Part shown: positions 63,186 through 64,000 of the stretch, piece by piece
Position numbering within the stretch: the first letter of the stretch is position 1
Layout of the letters: each line of letters opens with the position of its first letter
Made by a program: the position numbers and the translations under genes
Origin: Haplodiscus bocki
Taxonomy: Eukaryota
DNA: 64,000 nucleotides
Direction: 5' to 3'
Assembly (NCBI GenBank): GCA_965655095.1
Contig: OZ296650.1
Span: forward strand, 83,514,001-83,578,000
Notes under the pieces: model-generated
The model's input: the letters and a program-made list of their open reading frames with translations, nothing else
Told to the model about the DNA's origin: nothing
The model's database searches: none

Positions 63186-64000
63186 TTATATGTTGAGGGG
63201 GTGAGTGTGTATTCCATGTTGCTGATTTTTTCTTTCGGGATAGTTTGACAACCCTCTATTCATTTGCTCATAAAAGGCAAACGCATGTTGCATTGTGCTG
63301 AAGTCTCTATTTGTTGACGTTACATTAACAAACTCCTCCAACATTTTGTAATACTTGAACATGGGACCATCACCACAGTCTTCGAACAATCTTTCATTCA
63401 AGCTTTTGCAGCTTAAATTTGAATTTGATTGACTGAGAGTCATAACAACAGTAGGTTTTGCTACACAGACAAATCATTTCTGTGAAGCAGAATTCTTCCC
63501 CAAAGAGGCCAGGCTCTCGTTTATCGTTTTTCTTATGCTTCGTGCAGCAAGCATGAGGAAAAAATTTGTTGTTCAATTGACTAAAATCGCGTCGGTACAG
63601 TCCCGACTTCGCAAAGAGTTCCACTCCTGCTTTTTTGTTGGTCGGATACAATCATTCAAGTCATGCTCAAACAACGCTAGATAGAGCGAGTTGGTATCCA
63701 TCTCCGGATCTTCAAACTTTGCGACGTCGCCAAACTTGTCAAAAAGTTGTAATAAAGCTCTAGCGTTCTCAATTTTGCATATTGCAGGATAAAAAATTTG
63801 ACAGTTATCGGTTCTCTGTGTTCAATTTCTGGTTTGGACAGCTCCAGCTCATGCAATTGATCGTTTATATAACCCTAGCGCCTAAACATTTTTTATTGAT
63901 AACTCTATGTGTCTTTGCACCCTGAGATACTTTGACACTGTAAGTCGACTCCAATCCAAAATCTGGTAAACATAAGAACTTTTTGCTGGTATCTTCATTG
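63186..64000 (-). pseudogene. polB: Protein-primed PolB C-terminal relic
   Basis: MKIPAKSSYVYQILD (motif B), FFILQYAKLRTLELYYNF, EMDTNSLYLAL (motif C), DKREPGLFGEEF..TEMICLCSKTYCC, GIHTHPLNI*. Confidence 0.9.

Larger units (their letters stand above)
62524..64000 (-). mobile_element. End of a second Polinton/Maverick (continues beyond the window), oriented opposite to Polinton 1
   Basis: AGTAGTAAGAG terminus similar to the Polinton 1 TIRs, 28-bp repeat array, then the pPolB 3' end. Confidence 0.85.

Noticed and set aside
1-64000. Assigning the host species (the repeat families remind me of acoel-type invertebrate genomes)
   Set aside because: An impression only; there is no marker gene in the window to support it.

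Overview
AT-rich eukaryotic (very likely invertebrate animal) genomic DNA made almost entirely of old, heavily point-mutated but structurally intact mobile elements. I found no intact host gene. (1) 1-~16.9 kb is a large Ty3/Gypsy LTR retrotransposon on +: diverged 5'/3' LTRs, tRNA-Leu-like PBS, gag-PR-RT-RNaseH-IN relics, PPT at 15672-15684. Its ~6.5 kb 3' region carries several apparently intron-containing ANTISENSE genes of unknown function. Its 5' LTR is interrupted by a DINE-1/HINE-like element with a ~1.4 kb (TTCTTTGCA)n expansion. (2) 21843-41215 is a full-length ~19.4 kb Polinton/Maverick (adintovirus-like endogenous virus) with AGTAGT termini, TIRs and a 6-bp TSD (TATAGG/TATAAG). It has pseudogenised protease, major capsid, pX-like, minor capsid, integrase and packaging ATPase genes (all -) and a protein-primed PolB (+). 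(3) Further relics: two minus-strand Gypsy gag/protease fragments, a CR1/L2-type LINE RT, two CCC...GGG-ended foldback/MITE-like elements, minisatellites and a probable solo LTR. (4) From 62524 a second, oppositely oriented Polinton begins (TIR with 28-bp repeats, then the pPolB C-terminus). All protein calls come from manual translation and motif recognition across frameshifts and stops; no database searches were run.
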